Shown here in pieces: positions 12,390 to 36,582 of a stretch of DNA of 64,000 nt. Source of the stretch: Thalia democratica. Its lineage: Eukaryota. Numbering within the stretch: position 1 is the stretch's first letter; every line of letters begins with the position of its first letter. Made by a program: the position numbers and the translations under genes. The notes beneath the pieces were generated by a model that was not told the origin of the DNA, did not search any database, and saw only the letters and a list, made by a program, of their open reading frames with translations. Location: positions 87,792,001 to 87,856,000 of the forward strand of contig OZ241826.1 in assembly GCA_965202585.1 (NCBI GenBank), given 5' to 3'.

Positions 12390-13200
12390 ATAGATTATAA
12401 AAATAATTGTACATATTTTTCATAAGTTTAGACGCCTTAATCATCAGTCAATAAAAAAAAAGGTACTTTGCTAAACATAGATGCAAAAGTTATACAAAAA
12501 ATAATACAAACAGTATGACGTAATATTGTGCATCATAAAAATTCAGTACAAAAATCGTTCGACAATCTAACTAATCAAAAAACTAAAATTAACAAAAACA
12601 ACAGTTAAATGACTATAAACTACTTTAAAATTTATTGTTTTTTTATATTTATTAAGAGAAACATTTTCATATGTCGTCAAGACGATAGGAATTCACTTCT
12701 CTTATTTAAACAACCTTCCTTTTTTAACGCATACATAACGGCTGTTGATTCTTTTGAGCAGAGTCTAAAAACAGTTATTACTATCTGTAGAAGGTGTTCA
12801 AGTTTAAATAATAACCTTATTATATATATATATATATATAATAAGGTTATTATTTAAACATGAACTTCTTCCACATAGCCCACTTGAATTGCTTTCAAAT
12901 AATTTATTGGAAAAGTACGATTTTAAAAATATCGGCACATATGTTTCATAAAGCTAAACTTTAATCATCAGAAAATTCAATTCAAACTAAAAAGCACTTA
13001 CTAAACATAGATGCAAAAGTTATACAAAAAAATTAAGACAGTATGACTTAATATTGTGCATTATACAATGCAATACAAAAACTGATCTTCCATCTAACTA
13101 ATCAAACAACTAAGTTTCACAAAGACCACAGTTAAGTGACTATAAAATACTTTAAATTTTGTTGTATTATAAGAGGAGATTTTTTATATGTCGACAAGAC
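12390..13200 (+). repeat. Diverged direct repeat of about 300 bp (about 12390-12710 and 12915-13200)
   Basis: Shared blocks ctaaacatagatgcaaaagttatacaaaaaa, cagtatgac.taatattgtgcat, atctaactaatcaaa and gactataaa.tacttt in the same order. Confidence 0.8.
12796..12865. repeat. Near-perfect 70-bp palindrome centred on an (AT)n tract
   Basis: GTTCAAGTTTAAATAATAACCTTAT (TA)10 ATAAGGTTATTATTTAAACATGAAC, with a single mismatch. Confidence 0.92.
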
Positions 13201-13203
13201 AAA

Positions 13204-14978
13204 GAAAAGTAGTATAAATCTATTTTAAGTAAAGTTGTAAAAACAACCATTAATTAGTTAATCCATAAAATTTAAGAAACGGTATAAACAATAAAAGTCA
13301 CATACACTAGAATAAAGTGTATTTTATTTATTAAATGTTTGAAATGATGAAATCTAAGTTATAACAAAATCAAAATTAGATACAATTAAGAAGCAGATTT
13401 AGTTTAAATGTAAAAATTAAAAAACAAAAAACTTTAAATGTAAGAAAACATAGCACAAAAATAAAAAACTTGCTGTCAAGCCTACAAAGCACTAACTGAT
13501 AATTAAATTACAGCGATATACATAAAGTCACAATGACTTAAATTACATACATATTGTATGTAATAATTATTAAAATAATTGGTTGTTGTTTTGTAAAGGA
13601 GCAGTCGGGTGTTTTAATTAAAGATCCTATACACAGATAATTCAAATATTAAATAATTAAACTGTGTTATATATGTAAGTTTAAATGTAAAACGTTAAAC
13701 AACAAGGTGGTCATATGCTAAGAATAAACCTGCAGTAAAAAATCTCTAGCTCTATTGGGCGTAGAAGTTAAAAAGCACGGTTTATCTGTGATTTAAATAC
13801 AGGCTTCCAATTAAACTTGGAATTTAACACATAAAGATGTGAAGAATTATAGTCGGAGGGTAAAGTGAATACATGAAATGTCGGAGCAATAAAGTGGCAT
13901 GTGTAAAATAAAAATATACATAATAAATTAATGTAACTATGTTTTACTTATGGCATACAATTGTATTAATACATATTAAGTGAATGTGTGTGTTTATGTG
14001 AAAGTGAATGAATAATACGGAAGGTGAGAAAGCGCCAAGGTGTTATTTGAAGAAGAACCGTCGGTTGTGTACACTTTTAATTGAAATATTAGGTCTTTTA
14101 TTTAGTAATTGTTTACTATCTTCTGCTGAAATTGTCATTCGTTCAAGGTTGCATACTTGGCAGATCTTGCAACCGCTACTTACTGATGTTATTGTTGGAA
14201 TAGTGAAATATGCTGTATTCCATTTCTGGTTTTGTACTTCATTTATAATTTTATTATAATAATAATATCATTTTATATATTTATTTCACTTTACCCTCCG
14301 TCACTTTTATTCTCTGATATTTCTTATATTCTTTTTCCCTCCGACTGTTATTCTTCACATCTTTGTGTGTTAAGTTCCAAATTTAATTGGAAGCGCGTAT
14401 TTAAATCACAGATAAACCGTGCTTTTTAACTTCTACGCCCCAATAGAGCTAGAGATTTTTTACTGCAGGTTTATTCTTAGCATATGACCACCTTGTTGTT
14501 TAACGTTTTACATTTAAACTTACATATATAACACAGTTTAATTATTTAATATTTGAATCATCTGTGTATAGGATCTTTAATTAAAACACCCGACTGCTCT
14601 TTCATAAAACAACAATCAATTATTTTAATAATTATTACATACAATATATATGTAATTTAAGTCATTATGACTTTATGTATGTCGCTGTAACTTAATTATC
14701 AGTTAGTGCTTTGTAGGCTTGACAACAAGTTTTTATTTTTGTGCAATATTTTCTTAAAATTTAAATTTTTACATTTAAACTAAATCTGTTTCCTAATTGC
14801 CTCTAACTTTGATTTCGTTATAATTTAGATTTAATCATTACAAACATTTAATAAATAAAATACAAGTTATATCAAGTTCCTGTGACTTTTAATGTTTTTA
14901 CCATTGTTAAACTTTATTGATTCACTAAAATGGTTGTTGTACCACTTTTATTCATAAGAGATTACATACTACTTTTCA
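13204..14978. repeat. Long inverted repeat: arms about 13204-13865 and 14330-14978, spacer about 465 bp
   Basis: Arms align colinearly as reverse complements. Only about four differences across the ~200-bp core (13600-13800), with much more divergence outward. No TSD found at the outer ends. Confidence 0.92.
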
Positions 14979-16895
14979 TGTTAAAGCGCTTTAATGCTTT
15001 CCCAAAAATAAACACTTAATTAACTAACTTTACAATACAAATTGAATAGTTGTCTCAATGTTCATATATATTGTGACGTAACTATTGGATGTATTTTGTT
15101 TAATCATTGGCAACGATAAAATGAATTTAAACTAGTTATGCTTTCCAATAAAGTAAGTGGTTCGTTATATTATGGTTTGTTGTTTTGTTGTGTATTTTAG
15201 TTTACTTTACTTAATTGAGACTTAATAATTACAAGTATTATATAGTTTTGTAAAAGTCGGATTTAACATTAAGTCATTTACCTATTATTAACTATTAACC
15301 TCTAAAAATATGTAGAAATCATTTTGTTTTAATTCTAATGAACACATTTATACATTAACTTTAGCTTCTATTCTTTCACCACATTATTTATTTTTTTCCA
15401 GAACCCAGTTGAAGTATGTTGATTCGTTAACACACAGAAAAATATGCTTGTACATTAAAGGAAGATTACTGTGTAGTTTTTTTTTTATATACATATAATT
15501 ATATAAACTTTTATTTAAAAAAATAAGAACTTTGTTTTTTTTCTACAAAATAACGCACACAGCAAATTTGATACACTTAATTATGATTTTCCTTATGTTT
15601 TACGGAATTTATTTTACTAAAAAGATTTAGGAATTTTTTACACTTATTATCAGAGAAGAAGATAAGAACTTGGTTATATGTTTTAATTACTTAACTAAAA
15701 GTTAAAGAAGTATATTATTTATAAAATTTTTTATTTTTATTTTACTAGTGTTTTAAATTGTTTAAATTGAAAAAGTTATGCTTCTGAGATACCTTAAGAC
15801 AGTTATTGTCGTGGAAAATGATGCTAAACTGTATTCAAGTGGTGTACGACTTGATAATTAAAAGTTTACTTTATACACTAGATCTTCGAACAAAATATCT
15901 AAAGCGCTTTTTTAGCGTTCAATAAGTAATGATAATATAGATTATTTAAATTAGATTGCAAAAGTTTATTGTGAAGTTTTAACTACATGCAAACTTCATC
16001 TTGATATGAAATGTTTTATGATATTAAAATTACTGTATTTTTATTAAAGATTATAAAATAATTTTTATTTTCTTATTCTACTTATTTTTTTCTATTTAAA
16101 ATACTAAACGTTTCTAATCGTTACTACTTATGAGGACTTATACTTAAAGAAGTTTGAAATTTTATGATTTTAAATCTTAAAATTATTGTTTTGCCAAAAC
16201 TAGTAGTCTGTTTATGGTTAATAATGTGTTTTGATCAGTTATAAACGATCTAAGACACAAATTTTATCCAATAAAAACCTAAATAATAAAATCTAACTCA
16301 AACTTTTGCTAAAAATTTAGTTAAAAGTTATGATTTAGTTTATTTATTATAACTTTATGTAGTTCAAAACAAGCTGTTTTAGTATATTTAGTTCTTATAT
16401 TTAAACATTTTTTTTTCTAGCTAGCTGTAATGGTTTTTTTTTAAACAATAAGTCAACGTATTAAATGTAAATTACACAATTTCAATTGCTTATTAAGTAA
16501 AAAAAATTGGAATAAAAAGCAAGTTTTAACAATAAAAATATTTATATAAATTATAAGCAATTCCGATAAATCAAGAATTTAATAATTACCAAGGTAAAAA
16601 ACATTTCTTCATCGAAAGAAAATAAAAGATCTTTGGAAAATAATTAAATAAGAGTTATTATAGAATAGTTACAATTACGGTATAGGAGCATAAATACATT
16701 AAAAGAGATTTTTAACTAAAAGTTAAATAAGTTTTTACAACTTTAAAAGGTTATTAAAGTATAAACTCGAGGCAAAAATAAAATTTTTGCAATATTGAAA
16801 ACAACTGTCAGTTACAAATAATACATTAGCAATATAAAAGTTTAAGTATATAATGCTCTATTAATATTATTTTCACATAGTTTTTCTATTCAAGA

Positions 16896-28067
<11,172 letters not shown>

Positions 28068-29489
28068 CAAGAATAATTGTTAGGAATCAATTTTAAAATA
28101 GTGCTTAAATATTATACAAGTATACCTGAAAATAAATCAACAAAGTTTATAAACAAAAAATCACTGTTAAGTCTTGTATAAAAAATGTTAATAAAAGCCA
28201 ATTTAAGACTGATAAATTGAAGCTAAGGTGTTGTGTTTCTAAGTTTTCTAACTTTAGATGTCAAACTAAATGTATAAATCAGCCTTGTAGATAAAAATGT
28301 ATACTTTATTTTTAATAAACATATTTTATTTCATAAATGCTTATGTTGTACTAAGCTGTTCTTTTTAATAATCTGTAATTCCTTTAAACTTTCTATTTAC
28401 TAGTTAAAGTGTTAAACTGTTCAGACTATAAAGAAATGGTTAGCCTAACTAAAAAGTATTCAATGTCATTTTAATCACATTAAATAAATATTGTTATATA
28501 TTACAAGCTGCACAATGCACATACATACGTTAAAGGTTAACTATTATAGAAGTTTTAAGCTATTTTAATGTTTAGCCTCAAGGAAAAATACAAAACAAAG
28601 TTAACTTTAATTGCTATAAATAATACTAGTTCCAAATTTTAACTACTGCTTTTTTTTAAACTCTCATTTTTAAAACTGACTGAACATAAAAAAAAACCGT
28701 TATTAAAAGATATTTTACATTTCCTGTAATATGAAACATTCATTTTATAAAATCAAAATACAGTTTTACCAAGTTTTATATTCTTGTTATTTCCGACTTT
28801 TAGTACTAGTTGTTAAATTAGTTAAAAAATAAAATACATAAAAATTTTTTAAAAATTTAAATTTTTTATAAGCTATTCATAATAAACCACTATTTATGAA
28901 AAATCAAAATAAATGAGTATTTTAACTAAAATAATGTTTATATATCATATTTTTTCTTACTTTCTTTCAAAATATTTAAAACTTTTATTTTACAAGTTTT
29001 TAAAGTATTTGGGAGAAAGTAAAGAAAAAACTGAAGAATATAAATAAAAACTTTAATAAAAATTATTTATTTTTGATGAACTGTTGTTTAAAAATTTTAG
29101 TTAAAAAAATAAAAAAATGTACTAACGCGTAGTATGAAACGCTAGAGCTGTTGTTTCTTACAGTCACAAATTAAATTTCACGGTTTTTGTTTTACTATCA
29201 AATTTACTTAAGAATTATTTTACTTTTTAATTTAATCCATTCGGACTTCAAAACCTCGATAAATCGGAGCTGCAAGTTTAAAATGTGCCTCCTGCATTTT
29301 AATCGCCATGTTAATCAAATATCACATTCTTGCGTTGTTGCAAATTCACTACAACCGGTGAACAATAAGACAGGTATTGACAAGCTGAACTCGAGCGGGG
29401 CAACTCGATCAGGGACAACTTGAGAAAGAATTGGAAGATCAGGGCATTTATTTAGAGAATTGTTTCTATGTTATTTAGATTATCTTCTA

Positions 29490-29830
29490 AAAACTTAGGT
29501 AAATATACTTTCTGTGCTCTACTATATAGAGTTTTAATCAGACAAACTTTCTACGTTTGCTACAAAAGGATTGAAAACTCATAATCTAAAAACAAGAACA
29601 AACGAGCATGTTCAAAAAGGTATTATCTCGCACATCAGTGTAAAAACGATAAAAAGAATGCAGCAGTCAAAAAATCGTTGAAAAAATCAGCTATAGCTGA
29701 ACATTTAGCAAACTTTACCTCTTGTAGAAAAAATTTAGATTTTTTTTAATTTAGTACTATGGGAAATGTTCAAGTACTTTAGAACTAATAAGACTAGAAG
29801 TCATTCTATTATACTTAAATATTTATAGTT
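29490..29830 (+). mobile_element. Degenerate Penelope-like retroelement GIY-YIG endonuclease relic
   Basis: Frameshifted fragments LKTRTNEHV and KSAIAEHLANFTSC match the L..R..EH and SAIAEH motifs of PLE endonucleases. Confidence 0.55.
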
Positions 29831-30797
29831 TATGTAAAAAGGTATAATTTAACTACTATTTAGCCTTAATTAGTTATAAGCCATTTTGTTTAACTTTAAA
29901 TTTTACTTATGTTGATTACGATTGAATTAAGTTAATTGATGATTGAATTTAATGTTTAAATTATAATTTACCTAAGGAAAATTGATTAGATATATTGGAA
30001 AAGAAAGAATATGAGTCATTTTGTTTTTTCAGTAAAGTTAAAAAATAAGCCTGATGTTTAAATTGTTAAAATCTTACCACGTAATCAGTTTGCTACAAAA
30101 TAAGATGAATGCTTTTATCAAGGACGGAGTTGACATTACATATACTTTTATACGCGTATCTATCCCCATTTATCTAACCAATAAGTACATTAGTTGATTT
30201 TTAGACTTTTACTATAATTTTTTTGGTTTTTGTCATCATTGTTTTATTTGTTCATAAAAAATAGATTAGATCAGTGGTCTTCACAGTACTAGTGCACATT
30301 TTATTGGTATACAAAAACATGTCACCATAAGGTAAAAGGTTCAAAAAAACCTCAAGATTTTTATTTTGCTTTGAAACACCTAAATACTAAGTAAACTTTT
30401 AAAAACTGCCCGCAAAAATGCTTAGTTTTTTTTTTGCTAAATATCATAAACTCTGAAAATGTTTTATGCAAGTTTCCATATGGATTTCGTCTATGTGAGG
30501 TTCGTGCACCCTAAAAATTTTCGTGAACCTTAAAAAAGTTTCTTGCACAACTTGAAGACTGCTAGTCTAGATTATTGCAAACAATTTAAAAATATGTTTA
30601 TTGTAATTCATTACAGTTTTTAGAAACTTTAAATAGTTTTATATAGTTTTTATTACCAAAATATTATTCACTACCTTAGCTTACTGAGAGTTATTTAAAT
30701 ATTAAAAATAAATCGTTCTTATGATTTTAAGAAATATACTGGTAAAGTAAAATAGTTTATGAAAATGTGTATTAACTCTTTATATCCAAAAGAAAAA

Positions 30798-30867
30798 GTA
30801 GCTTGAGAGCATTGAATTCTCCACTGCTGGTTTAGAAAAACAGTGCTCTGCCACTTAGCTATATCAC
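30798..30867 (-). pseudogene. Degenerate tRNA-like relic or SINE head
   Basis: Minus strand TAGCTAAGTGGCAGAGC (A box/D arm) ... GAATTCAATGC (decayed B box) at tRNA-like spacing; stems are broken. Confidence 0.4.
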
Positions 30868-32635
30868 AATATAAAATATTTTCAGTATTTGCACTTTAAT
30901 TCAGCGTTCGACATAAAAGTGCTTGTATAAATCAATGATCTTCATATAACGTTGTAACGTTAAGTATTTTTTGACTAGTTAACTTTTATTAAAGTTTAAT
31001 AAAGTTTAAACGGTTTTTACATAAATTCACATTTTCAAACTTTTAGATACAATTTATTTAATAAGCCAAACTTTAAAATATTACACCAAAATTTGAAATA
31101 TTTTTATATTGCTCAATAAAAAGCAATATGAAAAAATTTACTAAGGTACATAATTTACTTCATAAAGTTTAATGTTAATTTATAAAAAAAAAATTTAATC
31201 AAAGTTTTGATAACATTTTGCAACAGAATTAAACTTAAAACTAAAACTTTAGCATACAAACTTACAAAACATACCTTTATAAAGGATTTATTTTTTTCCT
31301 TTGTTTTTATACTAGTATATATTTTTAAAAGTTAAAAAATGATTGCTTTTTTTTAATTGAAACTCATTTACTTTAGATGTCAGAAATTTCCTTGAGTTTG
31401 TAATTTATAATTAATACCTTTAATACTGTTCTATACTACGGATAAAACTATAAAATTATAAAAAAAAAGTATGAAATTTTTAGAATGTTTTTATACTTTT
31501 TAATTTATATAAACACTGGCATATAATTAACTATCTTTATACAGTCCTAATATAAAGTTCTCACGACTTAGTTAAAACAGTTGAACTATGTTTAAAAAGT
31601 GTTTTTCATTGCCTTAGCATGCATAAAGGTTTTGTTTGGCAAAATAAACTTTAAGTTTATTAAATGTTTTCAAGTTCTATATAATAGTAAAAGTGTTTGT
31701 GAAAAGTTAAGTATTTGATAAGCATAATAAATACAAAGGTAAGATATTTGAAACTCTTAATTTATACATTTTATAGTAAACAAAGCCTTACAAACTACTT
31801 AATATATTTAAAAAAGCTTACATTATTTAAAAATTAATATTTTAGTGAGGTATAAGCAAAAAGGTAGTGTAACTAGGATTAGACCTGGATGGGAACGTTA
31901 ATTACTTACCATCAGTGGCGACGCGTGGTCTTTTTGTAAGGGGTCACTGTAAACTGACATTGTAAAGTAAAAATTCCCTTACTTTGAAACATTCATATCT
32001 TTTAGATATTTTTAGATATTTTTTTATAATTTAAACTTTTCTAGAAATATAAGGAAAATCAAATATAAATATTTGCTTGAATGAAGTTTTATACATACAC
32101 AACATAAAAGTTAAAAAAAAGCTACAGTTGAAAAACAAATTAAAACAAAGCAATTTATATCAAAATGTAGTAAACTCCTCAAAAAAAAAATTTATTTATA
32201 TACTTTTGATTAAATAAAATTTATTACACAAAAAAATAATTCATAAGTTTTTTTTAATTATTAATCACTTAAAGTTTGTAAAAAAAATTAACCGTAAAGA
32301 TAAATCTCGAAAACCTTAGATTAAAACTATATAAACTGAAATATAGAAGGTTTTAGAGAACAAATTATTTGAAAGATTATTGTTAAACTTCTTGATTATG
32401 TATAAAATATGTTTAACTTACCTTTTTTTAATTATATATTTATAAAATTAAAGTTTTAGCTGTATTAATATATATTGTCTTCTTTTTTTTCTCAAAACCA
32501 TTAATTTAAACTTTTTTTGTAAGGTTTATTATATACAAATCAAAGCTATTAAATTATACTCTGCTTTTTAGTACATAATTGTAAATACAAAAAATTATGC
32601 AACTTTTGAATTAAGCTAAAATAAACCAAAAAACG

Positions 32636-32707
32636 TGGAGATGCCGGGAATTGAACCCGGGGCCTCACGCATGCGAAGCGCGCGCTCTACCCCTGAGCTA
32701 CATCCCC
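32636..32707 (-). tRNA. tRNA-Ala(CGC)
   Basis: Reverse complement is identical to 9969-10040 except for one acceptor-stem base (G-C instead of G-U); T6 terminator. About 400 bp of 5' flank is also homologous (9510-9960 vs 32710-33110). Confidence 0.95.
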
Positions 32708-33318
32708 ACACGTCAGTTCAACAATAGTTTGCTATATCTACTACTCTATATACTACTTATTCATATATTTCCACTGTGTGCTGCACAGTGTACACTTAAA
32801 TAATACCAATGACTAAGTAGGCTGTGTAAATAAAAATTTAAATCTTTTTTGTAAGAAGTAAATGAATTATATAAAAAACTTGTTTAATTGTACAACATTT
32901 TTTTCTCAACGGTTAATAATAAAAACTTTCATTTTGCCCGCATTGTAACTTTAAATATTTTTTTATTTAATTTAGTTTTTAGCTTTTTTAAATAATTTAA
33001 AATATCAAAACTTTAAATTTTTTTTTAAATTTAGTTTCTGTTAAGACCGTAGTTAAATCACAACAAGTAATTGAGTACTGATTAAATATAGGTAAGTGAC
33101 TTGTAACTTTATTAATAGTTGATATATAAATATACATATGTTATAAGATTACTAAGGTTTTTTTAACTGTTAAATAGTTGACTTCTTTCAGAACAGAACT
33201 ATAGATTTTTGTTATAGTTTTTATATTAATGGAATTAAACTAACCTTTTACACTTTTAAATAAGTTGAATTTATTTTTTAAAAAAAGTATTATTTTGAGA
33301 CATTTTTAACGTGTACAA

Positions 33319-36300
33319 CAGGGGTCGGCAAATTGCGGCCCGCGGGCCAAATGCGGCCCGCGAAGGGTAAATCTGCGGCCCGCGAGCACGTTTTTTTTTT
33401 GAATGGAATGCGGCCCGCGAGAGAAATTTCTGCGGCCCGCGAGCTACCAAATGTGGCCCGCTTAGCAAAAATAAATTTTGGTGAATTTTGTTTTGGTAAT
33501 TTAGTTTAAATTGATTAATATCGTTTTAGGTCCCTGTTTATCATTTTAAAACATCTAAAAGACTTTATTGCTTTGATTTAAAGTTGTTAAAAAGACTAAT
33601 TATCATTTTTCAAGTGATGATTCTATCAGTTTCACAATAATTTCTTATTGCATCAGCAAATTTTCAACTGAAAAAAGAAGTGCTTGGATTCCAAAGGTTT
33701 TTTTATAAACAATCCTTATTTAGTAAATAAACTAAACGCAAATGATTTTCATAGTGTTTATATGTAATGCACAGTAATTAATTAAAACTTCATTCTTAAC
33801 AATTCTGGTATTTTGTTTAACATGTAAAAAGTTTATCATAGTAAGTTATATCTGAATGTGCACAAAAACATTTAAAAACACCAACTTACATAGTAATCAA
33901 TTTAAATATTGTATATTATAAATTGCACAATATATTATATATTGAAATTTAAAATTAGTAGTGATAAATTTATTAAATTTACAAATTGTTAATAAAAATA
34001 GTTGTAATTCCAGCAATTAGGCAACTTAACTTTGTCACAAACTTTACTTTGTCAGGATAGGTTGAAGACATTTCAAATCTCAGACCGATTTAAGCATTTT
34101 TTTCAGTTTTTAGCTTGAATTGCTTCTTATGTTCTAAAATTTAAATCTAAATTCAAAGCTTTTTTGCTTTGAAGAGAGGAAAACAAAACTTATAATTTAT
34201 GTTTTGTTATACTCACAGTTATGGTTATAAATTTAACATATTTCATATTTTAAGTCTTGCAGCTGCTATACTTTGAAGCATTGTTTACATTAATTTATAA
34301 GTGTGAACAATCAGTGATGACATATTACCTTGAATTTGACAATTTGGCTACAATGACCTGGAAATTGAGAATTAAAAAAAAAACCTGGGTATTTACATGT
34401 AAAGTATTGTAAATTCTAATATGCACAAAAAATCTACAATACATTTTTTTTTTGAATAACACATTTTAAAAAGCTTAACACCATTTTTAATGTTGCTATC
34501 TTGATTAAAAATTTTTTTTTACCTTAAACTTAATTTTATACTAAAAATAGACCAAGAAAATTGTATTTTCAAAAACCTTGAAAGAATTCAAAAAACATAA
34601 AAATTTTCTTAAAACCTTTGACAACCCAGGAACTGTTTACATTCTCTCTTAGGGTTGTAAATAGCACAAATATTAGATGTTGTATTTATACAACACAGGA
34701 AAAACTTTTTTTTTATAAAATAAGCTAGATAAAAGATGATACATTATAAAAAAAATAATTTATCATGGTTGAAACTTATAAAGTTTTTGAAGTTCAATAT
34801 TATTTATCATTGTAAACTATACCTAGAAACCTGGAAAAGTCTGGAAAAACTTTAAATAAAACAACTGCAATCAAGCTATATCACGCATAAATCTTTGATT
34901 GTATATGAACGTTACACTTTAACTTATGTTATTTTAGTGTAATTTTTGTAGGATCTGAATTAAATTTCTAACAATTGAAGGTAAAAAATTTGTAGAAAAA
35001 AAAAATTGTCTGATACGTTTTTTATTGCATCTAAAAATTTAAAATCTGTTATTAGTTTAATGTTTCAAAGGTTGTGTAAATTTTTATAGTTGTTTTCTTT
35101 TATCTGAAACTCAAATAGTCTTAACTTTGTTTCGAGTGTCATAATATGGTACCAAATTTCATAGAATAACTTAATTTTCCTTATCATACCAAGCTAAGTT
35201 GGTAAGAAAAATGCTTTAAAAAGTTTTCAATTCAAACGGTATCTCCTTTTTATTAGTTACTTTTGCTGCTTTATAGACATTTTGACAATTTTTTCTGATC
35301 AGTCTGTAGTTACTGAAGATAATCATGTTATTTATTAAACTGACGTTATCATTTTTTTTTCGTTTCTTGCAATAACTCTTCACTAACGTTTTTTGATTCT
35401 TATAGCTCGTCTTATATTTCATATTTACTATTTTTATTGCGGATAAAGATTTGTAATAATGCTAAAAAAAATTCTTCTTTGTTACATAATTGCTTAATAA
35501 ATTTTTGTTTTTTCGTTATAAATATTTTAAAAAGTTAACTGTACATTCAAGCTGACTTATAACATTTATTTTTTCTGTGTTTATTTAATTCACTCTTAAT
35601 AAACTTCGTTTTTTTTTTTTGCAAATTTTATTTTAAACAGGGTTGCAAAATAAACTGCCTAGTTTAGAATTTTGTATACTCAGACTAAGTTAAACCTGTT
35701 TAAGGCCTTTTTCGAAAACTCAGGTCTTTGTGAAGCTTATTTTTTAATTACTTCAAGTAAATATATGAATACTCATAATAGTTTTATGATGTTAGTGTAG
35801 TTTATTTATTGTAACTTATTCTAGGCTACGTACATATTTTGTACTTTTAAAATTTAACTATATTTTAATTAGTTATTTAAGCTTTACTAACAGCAGGTTT
35901 TTAGTTTTTTTAACTTTTAACAAACTTAGACTGGTTTTATACAACTTAAACATTTTTGCTGTAAAAGTGACAACTATGTAAAAGACTATTAAATTATTAA
36001 TAAGCTTATTATGTTTATGTTAAAAACAAAATTTAGATTTCTTCATTACAAATTAAGTAATTTTTTAATTGAGTAATTACCGAATTTTTTAAAGAATGCA
36101 AATTGTTAAAATTCATTTTCAATGATTTTTTTTTGTATGTAAAAGTGGTTGATAACATAAAAAATGTATCCAAGTGTCTCATAAAGTAATTCAACCTTGG
36201 TTTTAATAGAAAGTTAGGTTGCAAGTAAAATAATAAAATATAAAGTTAAAGTTTAATTGTGTAAAGTATTACAAATTTTATTAAGACTTTATTATATTAG

Positions 36301-36516
36301 TCATTGTAAATTTAAATCCTTTTTTTTATTTAAATAGATAGTATATGCGTAGCCAATAGCAAATCAGAATAATAAACTCAGTATAAGTAAACTGAAAGTG
36401 TGACTAAAACTAAAACTAAAAATTATTTAAATGTAACTAAAACTAAAACTGCGGCCCGCGAAGGTTTTTGAAACTTGAAATTTGGCCCGCGAGCACCAAC
36501 TGCCTGCCGACCCCTG
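33319..36516. mobile_element. hAT (Charlie/Buster-like) termini enclosing about 3 kb of AT-rich decayed sequence
   Basis: TIRs CAGGGGTCGGCA (33319) and TGCCGACCCCTG (ends 36516), with multiple GCGGCCCGCG subterminal motifs at both ends. Flanking 8-mers GTGTACAA and GTCTAGGG both have a central TA but differ, so there is no TSD. No transposase ORF. Confidence 0.75.
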
Positions 36517-36582
36517 GTCTAGGGGTATGATACGCGCTTCGGGTGCGCGCGAGGCACCGGGGCTCAATCCCCGTACAGGCCA
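36517..36582 (+). pseudogene. 5'-truncated tRNA-Pro(CGG)
   Basis: GTCTAGGGGTATGAT...CGCGC-TTCGGGT-GCGCG...ACAGGCC matches eukaryotic tRNA-Pro. The 5' acceptor strand is replaced by the hAT terminus and the T-loop is altered (GCTCAAT). Confidence 0.8.

Noticed and set aside
14232-14429. 65-aa ORF entering the right arm of the hairpin as a secreted peptide
   Set aside because: Starts at TTG in low-complexity AT sequence, and the mirrored arm lacks the N-terminal part; conservation is explained by arm identity.
33271-33468. 65-aa ORF with repeated RAA/GP motifs
   Set aside because: Translation of hAT subterminal GCGGCCCGCG repeats.
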